From: a virus | Direction: 5' to 3' (one strand) | Virus record (IMG/VR): IMGVR_UViG_3300043411_001314 | Span: 1-64,000 of that record | Length of the DNA stretch: 64,000 nucleotides | Part shown: in pieces, positions 1 through 9,299 of the stretch | Position numbering within the stretch: the stretch's first letter is position 1 | How the letters are laid out: the number at the start of each line of letters is the position of its first letter | Notes under the pieces: model-generated | What the model saw: only the letters and a program-made list of their open reading frames with translations | The model's database searches: none | What the model was told of the DNA's origin: nothing | Translations under genes and position numbers: made by a program

Positions 1-192
1 GGTTGACATCGCCACGATTTGGTATCGAAAAGGTCGGGGCTAGTGCTGTTTGACGCGTTGTGGCGCGTTCTGGGGCCGTATGGTGCGGCTTTGGTGCCGT
101 TAGCTCGAGGCCCAGCGCCGGCCCGGCCCAGGCGCTTGATGTCCATCAGATTTCGTTGTACGGTGAGCTCTTCGACGGCATGAGGAGATCTG

Positions 193-432
193 ATGGGTGA
201 CTGGAAGTACGTCACGGACGACGAGTGGAGCGATGGCGACCGGGAGGCGATGGCGAGCCTGCTTGTCCCGTTCCGTGAGTCGGGTGCGGGATGCGTTTCG
301 GCCACCGGTCTGACCGACGACGACCGACCGGTCAAGTCCTACGCCTTGGCAAAGGTGAAGGGCCGGGATGTGGGGATCGTCGTGGACCATCGCGACGGCT
401 CGCTCGTGTGGGCGCATCGGAGTCAGCGATGA
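193..432 (+). CDS. hypothetical protein
   Basis: 79 aa ORF, GAGGAG RBS, ATGA overlap with next gene. Confidence 0.6.
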   Translation: MGDWKYVTDDEWSDGDREAMASLLVPFRESGAGCVSATGLTDDDRPVKSYALAKVKGRDVGIVVDHRDGSLVWAHRSQR

Positions 433-650
433 GGGCGCAGCGCCGGCGTGATGCCGAGCTCCTGGAAGCCCTGGCCCGGATCGAGGAGCTGCTCAAGCTG
501 CAGTTGAAGGCCCAGGCCCTGATCATGTCTCGAGCCTCCGGATGGCTCGGGACGAACGGGCGGCGTCACGTCAATGACGAGATGCTCGTTCGAGCCGTGG
601 ACGAGTTGGCCGACGTCGACGTCCCTTCGCTGAGGAGCGTGAACAAGTGA
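429..650 (+). CDS. hypothetical protein
   Basis: ATG at 429 overlaps upstream stop; DAELLEALARIEELL resembles the N-terminus of 790..1332. Confidence 0.55.
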   Translation: MRAQRRRDAELLEALARIEELLKLQLKAQALIMSRASGWLGTNGRRHVNDEMLVRAVDELADVDVPSLRSVNK

Positions 651-793
651 CGGAGCCATGGGAGTACTGCGTCATCCTCCTGCTGGTGAGCGGTCTGCTG
701 TCCTTCGGGCTGGGGACGTCTTTCACCAGGACTACCGCCGTCATGGCCGGCCTCTTGCTGTTCGCTCTCCTGACCCGGGATTACCTGGCATGA
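647..793 (+). CDS. small membrane protein (48 aa, not in ORF track)
   Basis: GTGA and ATGA overlaps on both sides; VTEPWEYCVILLLVSGLLSFGLG...MAGLLLFALL has two hydrophobic stretches. Confidence 0.55.
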   Translation: MTEPWEYCVILLLVSGLLSFGLGTSFTRTTAVMAGLLLFALLTRDYLA

Positions 794-1332
794 AGGCGCG
801 GACTGACGCCCTGATCCTCGATGCCTTGACCCGGATCGAGGAGTTGCTCTTGGGAGGGGGTGCCGGGGGCCGCGAGGACCCGGGGCCGGTCGCTGGCGTG
901 GGCAAGCACGCCGGGCCGGTTGCTAACACCCCCTCCCTCGTCGGGCCTGACCTCGACGCATCACTCCGGGTCTTCACCAACAGCCTCGGCCTCCCCATGT
1001 CCCAGGCGGAGGCGGTGGCCATCCTGGCAGATGCTCAGGAGATCCGGCAGGCTCGGGAAGCTCAGGAGCGGGCTGCCTCGTGGGATCGGATCCTCTGGAA
1101 CCGCCGGCCGAAGAACGTCAGCGACGTTGGCGACATCGACGAGATCGTGGCCCACAACGTGACGGTCCATATCGAGCAGATGGATGACCGCTGCTGGTGG
1201 ATCGGTATCACTTGGCCCGATGGGAGCTCCTGGGATGGGAACTTCCATGCCACCAAGAAGGGCGAGATGACCTTCGGGCAGCAGTGCCACCGTGACGGTG
1301 GATGGCCATCGGATGAGGAGCACGAGCAATGA
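790..1332 (+). CDS. hypothetical protein
   Basis: ATG at 790 in ORF 658..1332, coupled to upstream stop. Confidence 0.6.
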   Translation: MKARTDALILDALTRIEELLLGGGAGGREDPGPVAGVGKHAGPVANTPSLVGPDLDASLRVFTNSLGLPMSQAEAVAILADAQEIRQAREAQERAASWDRILWNRRPKNVSDVGDIDEIVAHNVTVHIEQMDDRCWWIGITWPDGSSWDGNFHATKKGEMTFGQQCHRDGGWPSDEEHEQ

Positions 1333-1533
1333 GGTGCCTCGCAGGTGCCCCGTGTGCTGGCCCCCAGACGTGCTCGAGCGGGTGTTCCCCGCCGACCAGT
1401 GCGACTGGGAGTACGTGGCGGGCGCAGGTTGCTGCGGCCGCCGACCGGCGACCGATCGACGACGAAGGAGACGTGGCGTGATCTTCTCGGGTTTGTGGTT
1501 GACGTTGTATCGGGAACGTGGTTAGATCCTTCC

Positions 1534-1956
1534 ATGACCATCACCACTGACCCCACCCCCTTCGCCACCATCGTCGACCTGTTCGACAGCGACGCCCCCG
1601 GGTGCCGCCGTGAGGCCCTGCGCCTCGCCCGGGACACCGGCCACCACCTGGAGCTGCGTGCCCTTCTCGACGCACGACGCGATGCCGACCGTCGCGAGCA
1701 GGCGGTCCGCGACGAGATCCGCACCTTCGAAGCTCGCCAGCGGCTCTCGACCCCGTGGCTCGAGGACATGGCCGACGACGCCACCAACCCTCAGGCTCGA
1801 CAGGCCCGGATCCTGCTCATGCTCCCGACGATCGACCAGCGCCAAGCGGCCCGTGGCGGGGCACACCGCTACATGAACGCCACGCCCGACGCCGGCCGCT
1901 ACTCCGATGCGCTCCTGTCGGTTGTCCACTCCATGCTCGCCGGATACCCGGCCTGA
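1534..1956 (+). CDS. hypothetical protein
   Basis: ATG at 1534 (MTITTDPTPF), phage-like codon usage. Confidence 0.6.
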   Translation: MTITTDPTPFATIVDLFDSDAPGCRREALRLARDTGHHLELRALLDARRDADRREQAVRDEIRTFEARQRLSTPWLEDMADDATNPQARQARILLMLPTIDQRQAARGGAHRYMNATPDAGRYSDALLSVVHSMLAGYPA

Positions 1957-2183
1957 TGGTCCCCACCCCCGAGTACCAGCGCAAGCGCCGTGCAGACGCG
2001 GCGCTTGCCGCTGGTCGGGAGCCAGGGCGGCCAGGGCGGCCCGCCACCCACCCGTGCGGCACGAACGCCGCTTACAAGCGACACCAGCGCAACGGCGAGC
2101 AACCGTGCGACGCCTGCCGTGCTGCGTGGTCTGCGTATCAGCGAGAGCTCTACGCCCGACGACGAAAGAAGAACGACCCGTGA
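1956..2183 (+). CDS. small CGT-H-CxxC zinc-binding protein
   Basis: PCGTNAAYKRHQRNGEQPCDAC; TGATG overlap. Confidence 0.65.
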   Translation: MVPTPEYQRKRRADAALAAGREPGRPGRPATHPCGTNAAYKRHQRNGEQPCDACRAAWSAYQRELYARRRKKNDP

Positions 2184-2605
2184 TCCCATCCCTGCAACTG
2201 GTGGCCTACGAGCCCCCCGACCCGGAGCCGATGGCGTGGCAGGACCACGGCGCGTGCCGTGGCGCCGACCCCGACCTGTTCTTCCCGGGGCCGAAACAGA
2301 ACGCCCGGGCCGCCAAGAAGATCTGCGCCGAGTGTGATGCCGACGTGCGGGCCGAGTGCCTGGCCTACGCGCTCGACAACGAGCCGCTGGGCGTGTGGGG
2401 CGGCATGTCCCCACGGGAACGCATGGCGGTCCGCACGGAGCCGATGAGCAAGGCGTCACGGTTCGCGGCGAGGTGCGGGACGGTCGGTGGCCGTTCGGCG
2501 CACCAGCGGCGCAACGAGTTGCCGTGTGATGCGTGCCGTGACGCCTACAACGAGCACGAGCGGGCGAAGGCGCTACGGCGTCGGCTGGCGGAGGGGCGAG
2601 GATGA
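2180..2605 (+). CDS. whiB: WhiB-family Fe-S transcription factor with C-terminal CGT-H-CxxC domain
   Basis: W..GAC.GADPDLFFP..AKKICAEC..RAECLAYAL..GVWGGMSPRER: four Cys and the GVWGG turn. Confidence 0.92.
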   Translation: MIPSLQLVAYEPPDPEPMAWQDHGACRGADPDLFFPGPKQNARAAKKICAECDADVRAECLAYALDNEPLGVWGGMSPRERMAVRTEPMSKASRFAARCGTVGGRSAHQRRNELPCDACRDAYNEHERAKALRRRLAEGRG

Positions 2606-3798
2606 GCGCCCGCTACATCGTGGGCGACGTGCGCGACGTGCTCGCCACGATCCCTGACGGGTCGATCGACCTCGTGTTGACCTCCCCGCCGTTCCTGGCG
2701 CTCAGGTCGTACCTGCCAGCCGATCACCCGGACAAGCACCGGGAGATCGGGTCGGAGCCTGACCCGGCGACGTTCCTCGACACGTTGCTCTTGCTCACGG
2801 CCGAGTGGGGCCGGGTGTTGGCGCCGCACGGGTCGATCTGCGTGGAGCTCGGGGACACGTACAGCGGCTCAGGCAACGGCGATGATCCGACGTACCACCC
2901 CGACGGCGGCAACTGGTCGCGTCGCACCCCCGCCCGAGGCTGGCCCCTCCCGAAGTCTCTGTGCGGGATCCCGCACCTGTACCACCTGTCCCTCGCCTAC
3001 GGGCGCAACCTGCTCACCGGCGAGGAGTCGCCCGCGGGTCGGTGGCGGGTGCGGAACGTGGTTGCGTGGTGCCGTCCGAACCCGCCGGTGGGTGCGTTGG
3101 GCGACAAGTTCCGACCGGCCACCAGCTACATGACGGTGGCGACGAGGGCGCAGAAGCGGTACTTCGACCTGGACGCCGTGCGGACGGCGCACAAAGACCC
3201 AACCAACAACCGCGCAGGGAAAGCAAAAGGTGGTGAGGACGTGAACCCGTCGCACGGGTGGGGCGACTCTCCTGGCGGCAAGCAGAACCCCGCGGGTGCC
3301 CCGCCGCTCGACTACTGGGTGATCCCCCCCGCCCCCTACAGCGGCAGCCACTATGCAACGTTCCCCGGTGCGTTGTGTGAGCGGCCTATCAAGTCGATGG
3401 TCCCGGCGAAGGTGTGCACCGTGTGCGGGGCACCATCGGAACGGATCACGTCGGAGCCGGAGTACGTGAGCACCACCGGCGGCAGAGTGGTCAACCACTT
3501 CGATGGGGACCGCAAGGGGGAAAGCGTGAACGCGTGGGAGGTCGACGGCGGCAACCCCGGGCACGTCGTGCGCTCCACCACCACCATCGGCTGGACGGAC
3601 TGCGGCCACGACTCGTGGCGTAACGGCGTCGTCCTCGACCCGTTCGCCGGCAGCGGAACCACCCTCATGGTTGCCACCGGCCACGGCCGCGACGCCATCG
3701 GCATCGACATCGACGCCCGCAACGCCGATCTGGCGCTCGACCGGGTGGGGCCGCTCATGCTCACGGTGGAGCACCTGGCCGACGAGGTGGCGTCGTGA
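2602..3798 (+). CDS. N4C/N6A DNA methyltransferase (beta class) with Cys-rich insertion
   Basis: TSPPF motif IV before VLDPFAGSGTT motif I; HYATFP; CTVC...DCGH insertion. Confidence 0.9.
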   Translation: MSARYIVGDVRDVLATIPDGSIDLVLTSPPFLALRSYLPADHPDKHREIGSEPDPATFLDTLLLLTAEWGRVLAPHGSICVELGDTYSGSGNGDDPTYHPDGGNWSRRTPARGWPLPKSLCGIPHLYHLSLAYGRNLLTGEESPAGRWRVRNVVAWCRPNPPVGALGDKFRPATSYMTVATRAQKRYFDLDAVRTAHKDPTNNRAGKAKGGEDVNPSHGWGDSPGGKQNPAGAPPLDYWVIPPAPYSGSHYATFPGALCERPIKSMVPAKVCTVCGAPSERITSEPEYVSTTGGRVVNHFDGDRKGESVNAWEVDGGNPGHVVRSTTTIGWTDCGHDSWRNGVVLDPFAGSGTTLMVATGHGRDAIGIDIDARNADLALDRVGPLMLTVEHLADEVAS

Positions 3799-3841
3799 CC
3801 GGGCTGATCATCTTCGTCGGCGTTGAGACTGGAGACTTGGC

Positions 3842-4144
3842 GTGACGGCCCGGTTGGCGATGCTGCTGACCCTTGCCTCCACGGTGGCCATGACGGCGTG
3901 TGGAGACGTCGCGCCGCCGTCGGACAAGCCAACCAGCCCCGTGACGAAGTCAGTTCTTGGTGAGCGGGTCATCATCGACCCGAAGATCGCTGACTTCCCG
4001 AAGGTGCTGCTGTGGTGCGAGGGCACGACGCTGTTCGCCCTGTCCAGAGTTGATGGCTCGGACTGGGACGACAACGCAGCCGGAGGAGGCGGTGTCGCCG
4101 TCGCCGTCAACGGTTGCCCGAACGGAGAGGTGCCGGGCCGATGA
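3842..4144 (+). CDS. putative lipoprotein
   Basis: hydrophobic signal ending MTAC (lipobox-like). Confidence 0.5.
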   Translation: MTARLAMLLTLASTVAMTACGDVAPPSDKPTSPVTKSVLGERVIIDPKIADFPKVLLWCEGTTLFALSRVDGSDWDDNAAGGGGVAVAVNGCPNGEVPGR

Positions 4145-4449
4145 GGTCAAGGAGCATCACGGACTGGATCGTCCCAGCCCGGGCCCTGAGTTGGGGGTTC
4201 CTTGACGGCTACCTGCCGCCGGCGCCCGAGGGGATGACCTGGGGCGGGTGGGCCAGTCGTGACTACGGGGGGGTCAAGCTCGGGCCGAAGCTCGAGTGGC
4301 CGATGCTCAAGCTGGAGCCCGTGACCTACCGGTTCGGGCAGGAACTGCGGCACATCCAGGGCGCATGGTGTGTGCCGGGCGTGGTGAAGCGCCCCACCAG
4401 CGAGATCCTCGGCGACTTCGACTGCGACCGCCCGGATCTCGGCCGATGA
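4141..4449 (+). CDS. hypothetical protein
   Basis: ATGA-coupled ORF. Confidence 0.5.
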   Translation: MRSRSITDWIVPARALSWGFLDGYLPPAPEGMTWGGWASRDYGGVKLGPKLEWPMLKLEPVTYRFGQELRHIQGAWCVPGVVKRPTSEILGDFDCDRPDLGR

Positions 4450-4778
4450 GCTCGGCCCCGGAGCGTCCAGGAATCAGTCCGCCGGCGGACCCGATCCCAG
4501 ACTGCGGGGGCATCGGGCCCCATCCGGCTTCGGCCCACGACCACGACTGCGTGGCTGAGCGCCGGTCGCTTTGGAAGAGCGGCGTTTCGATGGGGCTTGT
4601 AGCCCAGCCCGAACCGATCTGGCATGTCGTCGAACATCGTGGCCGGACCCCCGATTTTGTGCCGATCCGTTGCTCAGCCGATCAGGGGATCAACTTGCCG
4701 GGCCCGTCCGAACGCCGGCAGCCGACCTGCCTTGACTGCATCCGCATCCTTCAAGCCAGATGTTCAGGAGACACCTGA
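4446..4778 (+). CDS. hypothetical protein (Cys/His-rich)
   Basis: ATGA-coupled; WH..C..PTCLDC. Confidence 0.45.
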   Translation: MSSAPERPGISPPADPIPDCGGIGPHPASAHDHDCVAERRSLWKSGVSMGLVAQPEPIWHVVEHRGRTPDFVPIRCSADQGINLPGPSERRQPTCLDCIRILQARCSGDT

Positions 4779-4981
4779 TGCAAGAGAACGAACGACGCAA
4801 CATCCGGGTCTGGCCGGCCGGCACCCCCGCCAGCGTGTCCGGAAACTCCTGGACCGCCCTCGGATGGACCATCACCACGTGGGAGAAAACAAACCCGGAC
4901 GGCAGCCACACCTACGGCACCGACTACGACCTCCCCGAGCCCGCCACCTGGCAAGAAGCGGCCCGCCACCCATGCCCGTAG
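4778..4981 (+). CDS. hypothetical protein
   Basis: AGGAG RBS, TGATG overlap. Confidence 0.55.
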   Translation: MQENERRNIRVWPAGTPASVSGNSWTALGWTITTWEKTNPDGSHTYGTDYDLPEPATWQEAARHPCP

Positions 4982-5005
4982 CACTAGACGACAGGAAGAA
5001 GTGCG

Positions 5006-5188
5006 ATGAGTAAGCTCACCATTGAGGACTGGGTCGCCCTCGGCGTGGACATGGGTTGGGCCTCCGAGGTGCATTGCGCCACCCACGACGGCGTGAAGAA
5101 CGTCGGCGACGAGGCCGCCCTCTGGGACGAGGGGTACGACCCCTGCCAGCTGGTCGTGCGGATCCTGCCTGGAGGGTCAGATGCCTGA
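5006..5188 (+). CDS. hypothetical protein
   Basis: 60 aa, CATHDG motif, RBS. Confidence 0.6.
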   Translation: MSKLTIEDWVALGVDMGWASEVHCATHDGVKNVGDEAALWDEGYDPCQLVVRILPGGSDA

Positions 5189-5537
5189 GCTCAACGAGAT
5201 CGACATGGACAAGCTACGCAGGGACCTCTCCTACTCTTTGACGGATCGGATCCTGAAGGAGTTCCCGCCGAACGCGTACAGAGCCCCGGACCCCGTGACC
5301 ATGGAGTCCGTCATCGACGCCATGGCTGAGATCCAGGCTCACGTCGAGGCCGAGGTCGTGGCCCGACGGGATGCGATCCACGCTGCGTGCGTCGATGCCC
5401 TCGCCCGAGACTGCGGGGTCGTCGTTGATGAGGTGGCCTGCACGGCCAGCGCCTCACCGATGGTGCCGGCCGGCGAGATGTACGTCGTGAACCACCACCT
5501 CTTGGCTCAGTTCCAGGAGAGGGGGTCCTGGGTGTGA
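5181..5537 (+). CDS. hypothetical protein
   Basis: GGAGG RBS, coupled ORF. Confidence 0.6.
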   Translation: MPELNEIDMDKLRRDLSYSLTDRILKEFPPNAYRAPDPVTMESVIDAMAEIQAHVEAEVVARRDAIHAACVDALARDCGVVVDEVACTASASPMVPAGEMYVVNHHLLAQFQERGSWV

Positions 5538-5764
5538 GGACCGGGAAGATCTACAGCCCGCCAGAGGGGGTGCATGGCCCGACGCTGGGCCGTGACCTAC
5601 CCCAGGATTGCGACTACCTGCCGGCGGTGGGCGACCCCCGCGACGAGCGGCACGCCGAGATGTGGATGCCGTGCTGCGAGCTGGTGATGGCGACCTCGCT
5701 CTACTGGTGGCGCTCGCCGTCCACCATGTGGAACCAGGCCCAGGCGAACGGAGAGAGCCAGTGA
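5534..5764 (+). CDS. [15 protein letters not shown]-family protein (copy 1)
   Basis: shares [17 protein letters not shown] and YWWR with 15163..15498 and 46855..47172. Confidence 0.7.
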   Translation: MRTGKIYSPPEGVHGPTLGRDLPQDCDYLPAVGDPRDERHAEMWMPCCELVMATSLYWWRSPSTMWNQAQANGESQ

Positions 5765-6108
5765 GCTCCATCAACTTCATGCCCTGGCCAGCGAGATCCT
5801 CGGTCACCTTCAACGACGAGCTCGAGGTGGTCGAGGTGCGCAAGCCCTCATCCATGGTCCGCCTGGACGTTGAACACGACCAGGGCTGGACCGCCACCTG
5901 GAACCTGACCACGGCCGACTGGGTGAAGGTCCGTGACGCCGTGGAGGTCAAGCGGCTGGAGGACATGGAGGATCAGCTGTTCGCCGGCGGGCTCGTGTTC
6001 GCCCCGCAGTGGGACTACGTCGAGGAGATGATCCGCCAGCTTGTGGAGACCTTCGGGATCCCGGAGAACTTCCGGGTTGAGCCGACACCTCTGAGACGAG
6101 TCCGATGA
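5761..6108 (+). CDS. hypothetical protein
   Basis: GTGA-coupled, GGAGAG RBS. Confidence 0.6.
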   Translation: MSSINFMPWPARSSVTFNDELEVVEVRKPSSMVRLDVEHDQGWTATWNLTTADWVKVRDAVEVKRLEDMEDQLFAGGLVFAPQWDYVEEMIRQLVETFGIPENFRVEPTPLRRVR

Positions 6109-6206
6109 GGCTGGTCAGGGCGGACTGGAGCTCGAGTTGGGCGGGTCTACCGCTGTCACCGCTGCAGGGTCTGGTGGGTGCGCGGCTTCCGCCCCGGGCT
6201 CGTGCT

Positions 6207-6641
6207 TCAACGCTGGAGGTGGTCTCGATGAACGAGATCTGCAACCGCCTCATGGGCCATCTCGCTGAGTCCCACCCCCGGGGCTGGGGCGACCTCGTCA
6301 TCCTCTAGTCCAAGGAGGCCGCGAAGGTCCTCGGGTGCCAGCTCGCGCTCGCGCGTAACCCAATCGAGGTAGGCGCGGCCGAGGTCTGCCTCCGGGCTCC
6401 GGGTATACCCGGACCAGCCGGCGGCGGTGATGAGCTCCACCAGCAGGATCGGGCACTCCGCCAGGCCCCGGGTGTCGTCCCGGACCAGCACGCCAGACGA
6501 CCGGTCGTACACGTAGATGTCGACGCGGGTGGGGTTGATGAAGGTCGCGCTGACGACCACCGAGTTGATGATCCAGCGGGCCTCGAGGTGGTCGTCCTCA
6601 CCGAGGTACAGCCCGGGCCAGCGTCCCGTGACGGCCGTCAT
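6207..6641 (-). CDS. hypothetical protein downstream of C5 methyltransferase
   Basis: ATGA overlap with MTase stop. Confidence 0.6.
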   Translation of the reverse strand: MTAVTGRWPGLYLGEDDHLEARWIINSVVVSATFINPTRVDIYVYDRSSGVLVRDDTRGLAECPILLVELITAAGWSGYTRSPEADLGRAYLDWVTRERELAPEDLRGLLGLEDDEVAPAPGVGLSEMAHEAVADLVHRDHLQR

Positions 6642-7774
6642 CTCGTGGATCGAGGCTGAGGGGTAGCAAGAGCTCGAAGGACCTGCCGGGCTACGGCTTC
6701 CGCGAGCTTCGGTGGGACGGCGTTGCCGATCTGCCGGTACTGCGACGAGCGGGCTCCGGAGAAGCTCATGGCCTTCGGGAACGTCTGGATCGCTGCTGCC
6801 TCGGCGACGGTGATCCTGCGGGCGCCCGGGACCGTGCCGGTTCGTGGCGGCCCGCCCTCCATCAAGTGCTGGTGGTAGTCAGGCACGACCTCATCGAGGT
6901 CGATCCACGGCGTCTTGTTGCCGCCCATCGAGGCGAGGAGCGTGGGCGCCGGCCGATCAAGGTTCATCGGCCTTCCTCCACCGTTGAAGATTTGCCCATG
7001 GTACGGATCTGGTCGGGTCGACGGGTTCTTTGCGTAGGTGACGATGCTCCGGTTCGGAGTGCCGGCTGGCTCGGCGTCGATCACCTGACGAACCGCCTTG
7101 TGCGGCCACCTGCGACCAGGTCCATGCGTTCTCGTCGGCCACTCGAAGGTCAGCCCGGCGGCGACACCGACTACGAAGGTGCGCTCTCGGCGCTGGGGCA
7201 CGCCGTAGTCAGCGGCTTGGAGAACTCGGAAATCGACGTTGTAGCCGAGTCGGATCTCGTCATAGCCCTCGCCCAGGAGGGTGGACAGGGGAAGGTGCCC
7301 TCTGAATACATCGAGGACCCGTTCGAAGTCGGCACGCGCCGTCCCCTTCGTCAGCCCTGCGACGTTCTCCATCACGAACGCCTGCGGCTGAACCTCGTGA
7401 ACGACACGTGCGAACTGCGGGATGCCGTCTCGGGGATCGGCATGTCCACGACGGAACCCGCCGAGGCTCCAGGGCTGACACGGTGGTCCTCCGACCACCG
7501 CAGCGACTGCCCCGGCGAACGGCGTGAAGTCGACCTCGCAGATGTTGCGCCGGAGCATCAAGATCGAATCTCCACGGGCGGCGGCGTACGTGGACGCTGC
7601 GTCCGCATCGAGCTCAACGGCGGCGACGGCGTGGAAGCCGGCCGCCTCAAAGCCGAGCGAGAGACCACCGGCCCCGGCAAAGAGGTCGATGATCCCGGTC
7701 GCCTTGGCGGCAGGCGACAGGTCTGGTGGCACCTCGTCAAGCAGGGTCATCTGGGTGAACCTCTGGAACCTCAT
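6638..7774 (-). CDS. DNA (cytosine-5)-methyltransferase
   Basis: DLFAGAGG (I), GGPPCQPWS (IV), ENV (VI), QRRER (VIII), QIGNAVPP (X). Confidence 0.96.
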   Translation of the reverse strand: MRFQRFTQMTLLDEVPPDLSPAAKATGIIDLFAGAGGLSLGFEAAGFHAVAAVELDADAASTYAAARGDSILMLRRNICEVDFTPFAGAVAAVVGGPPCQPWSLGGFRRGHADPRDGIPQFARVVHEVQPQAFVMENVAGLTKGTARADFERVLDVFRGHLPLSTLLGEGYDEIRLGYNVDFRVLQAADYGVPQRRERTFVVGVAAGLTFEWPTRTHGPGRRWPHKAVRQVIDAEPAGTPNRSIVTYAKNPSTRPDPYHGQIFNGGGRPMNLDRPAPTLLASMGGNKTPWIDLDEVVPDYHQHLMEGGPPRTGTVPGARRITVAEAAAIQTFPKAMSFSGARSSQYRQIGNAVPPKLAEAVARQVLRALATPQPRSTR

Positions 7775-8084
7775 GGATCCAGCTCCTTCGCGGCGTGCTG
7801 CTGCTTGGGGAGGCTGGATCGAACATACGCGCGGGGAGTGACAATGAAGGTAGCCCGGCTTCGGCGCGGTTGCCGCAGCCCCCGACGTTGCGTCGTGGAC
7901 AACCGAGGTCGGCCCGCAGCTTCGCCGCAGCTTCAGGGTCCATGATCAACGAGACCTTAGGGCAGTCTGACCGGTGGGTTGTCCCTGGCATCCTGATCGG
8001 CTCGCCGGGTAGGTCGTAGACGGGTGGCTCATACCGGCACTCGGGGCACGGGATGTAGGAGCCGTCGGGCTGGAGGCCGGTCAC
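7737..8084 (-). CDS. hypothetical protein (CPEC, H..DC)
   Basis: GTGA-coupled to upstream gene; 3' end uncertain. Confidence 0.4.
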   Translation of the reverse strand: MTGLQPDGSYIPCPECRYEPPVYDLPGEPIRMPGTTHRSDCPKVSLIMDPEAAAKLRADLGCPRRNVGGCGNRAEAGLPSLSLPARMFDPASPSSSTPRRSWIHEVPEVHPDDPA

Positions 8085-8308
8085 GGCAGGGCGGCCCTCA
8101 CCGCAGCGTCCTTGGACTCGAGGAGCTTGCGGAGCGCCACGGACTTCTCCGGGCCTCCGGGGAGGTTCTGGTCAATGTGTTGGGCGAGCTCGCAGAACGG
8201 CCGGCTGACCGCGGCCAGGGCCTCAGGCAGGTGGCCGTACTCGAAGTAGCGCATGATCGGGGTCGCTGCGAGCAGGGATTTCGTGGTTGGGGTTTCCATG
8301 GTCGTCAC
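8081..8308 (-). CDS. small helical-hairpin phage protein, Acb2/Tad1-like candidate
   Basis: RYFEYGHLPEAL..VSRPFCELA..LPGGPEKSVALRKLLESKDAAVRA. Confidence 0.6.
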   Translation of the reverse strand: MTTMETPTTKSLLAATPIMRYFEYGHLPEALAAVSRPFCELAQHIDQNLPGGPEKSVALRKLLESKDAAVRAALP

Positions 8309-8724
8309 CCTATCCCAAACGCCTCGTTGAGTGCTCGGGTGCAACGGCCCCCGATTCCGCGGATCGACTGCTTGTCCTCCTCGCCCAGATCCTCGAACCC
8401 GTCATCCCCGAGGAGGGTCAGGGCCAGCTCGTAGAGGTCGCAGAGGTCGTAGAGCGGGACGGCCACCAGCGGCTCGATGGAGCCACCCTCTGGAGTTTCC
8501 GTAGATGCCTCCAGGTTGTGGGTGTGGCGCCAGTCGATGAGGGCCCTGCCGTAGATCCAGACCAGGGTGACGTTCAGAAGCAGGAGGCCCCATGTCCGCG
8601 TCTGGAGGATGAGGGCCAGCCAGAGGGCCTGGTTGGCCAGACCCACAGCCCAACCCTCCCAGCGCTTCTTGGCCACCAGGTGGAACCCGATGATCGTGAC
8701 GATGGATGTGGCGAGTGAGAGCAT
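8305..8724 (-). CDS. short PnuC-like membrane protein with acidic tail
   Basis: three TM segments with K.RW.GW...LANQALW...YG pattern. Confidence 0.55.
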   Translation of the reverse strand: MLSLATSIVTIIGFHLVAKKRWEGWAVGLANQALWLALILQTRTWGLLLLNVTLVWIYGRALIDWRHTHNLEASTETPEGGSIEPLVAVPLYDLCDLYELALTLLGDDGFEDLGEEDKQSIRGIGGRCTRALNEAFGIG

Positions 8725-8939
8725 CAGGTCTCCTGGCCGTAGTGATGGCTGTGTCTGTGCAGGATTCGGATCGTCCGGTACTGCCAGGCGGTGAAGGCAG
8801 CGGAGAAGGCGAAGTAGACGGCCTGAGGATACTGGCTGGCCGCCAAGGCCAGTAGGGCGGCGATGGCGCAGATGATCGAGGCGGCGACGGCCATCCGCCG
8901 CCATCTCCGGTCCCACTTGGCGGTGGAGAGGGTGCTCAT
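8724..8939 (-). CDS. small two-TM membrane protein
   Basis: two hydrophobic helices; coupled. Confidence 0.55.
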   Translation of the reverse strand: MSTLSTAKWDRRWRRMAVAASIICAIAALLALAASQYPQAVYFAFSAAFTAWQYRTIRILHRHSHHYGQET

Positions 8940-9217
8940 CGGGCCTGGCCCGTTCGCTCCGGCAGGTCGGTGTGGATGCCAGCGGTATCGGACGAGTACA
9001 CCACCGGGTTCTGCCACCAGTAGGGGTACTGCGGCGCCACTGGCGGGACGACCCAGATCGGTGCCGGCGCTGGAGACACGGGCGGTCCGTCCCAGAGCGT
9101 CCTGACAGCGCGGGCATCCAGGCATCGCTGATGTCGCTTCCGCCAGGGCTCCAGGGCCTCCATGGCGCTGTCGCCGTCGAGCTCGATCTTCGCCCCACAG
9201 GAGCATGTTTCCTTCAT
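8936..9217 (-). CDS. hypothetical protein (CSCGA zinc-ribbon start)
   Basis: AAGGA RBS; MKETCSCGAKIE..WRKRH.C. Confidence 0.6.
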   Translation of the reverse strand: MKETCSCGAKIELDGDSAMEALEPWRKRHQRCLDARAVRTLWDGPPVSPAPAPIWVVPPVAPQYPYWWQNPVVYSSDTAGIHTDLPERTGQAR

Positions 9218-9236
9218 GGAAGAATCCTTTCCTTTA

Positions 9237-9270
9237 TGTTCGGTGTTCGGTACCCACCGGACACCGAACA
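9237..9270. promoter_or_regulatory. intergenic inverted repeat (operator or terminator)
   Basis: TGTTCGGTGTTCGGT-ACCC-ACCGGACACCGAACA, 15-bp arms with one G-T pair. Confidence 0.45.
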
Positions 9271-9299
9271 CGAGATGTCCCAGCCATTGAGACAGTTCT

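Noticed and set aside
3-30. sigmaA promoter at TTGACA
   Set aside because: No TANNNT at 16-19 nt spacing
1499-1530. sigmaA promoter TTGACG...TAGATC before 1534 (similar case at 37889-37918)
   Set aside because: The -10 box lacks the conserved final T; plausible but not supportable
6207-7774. Complete type II restriction-modification system
   Set aside because: The 144-aa neighbour shows no PD-(D/E)xK, HNH or Vsr motif that I can recognise
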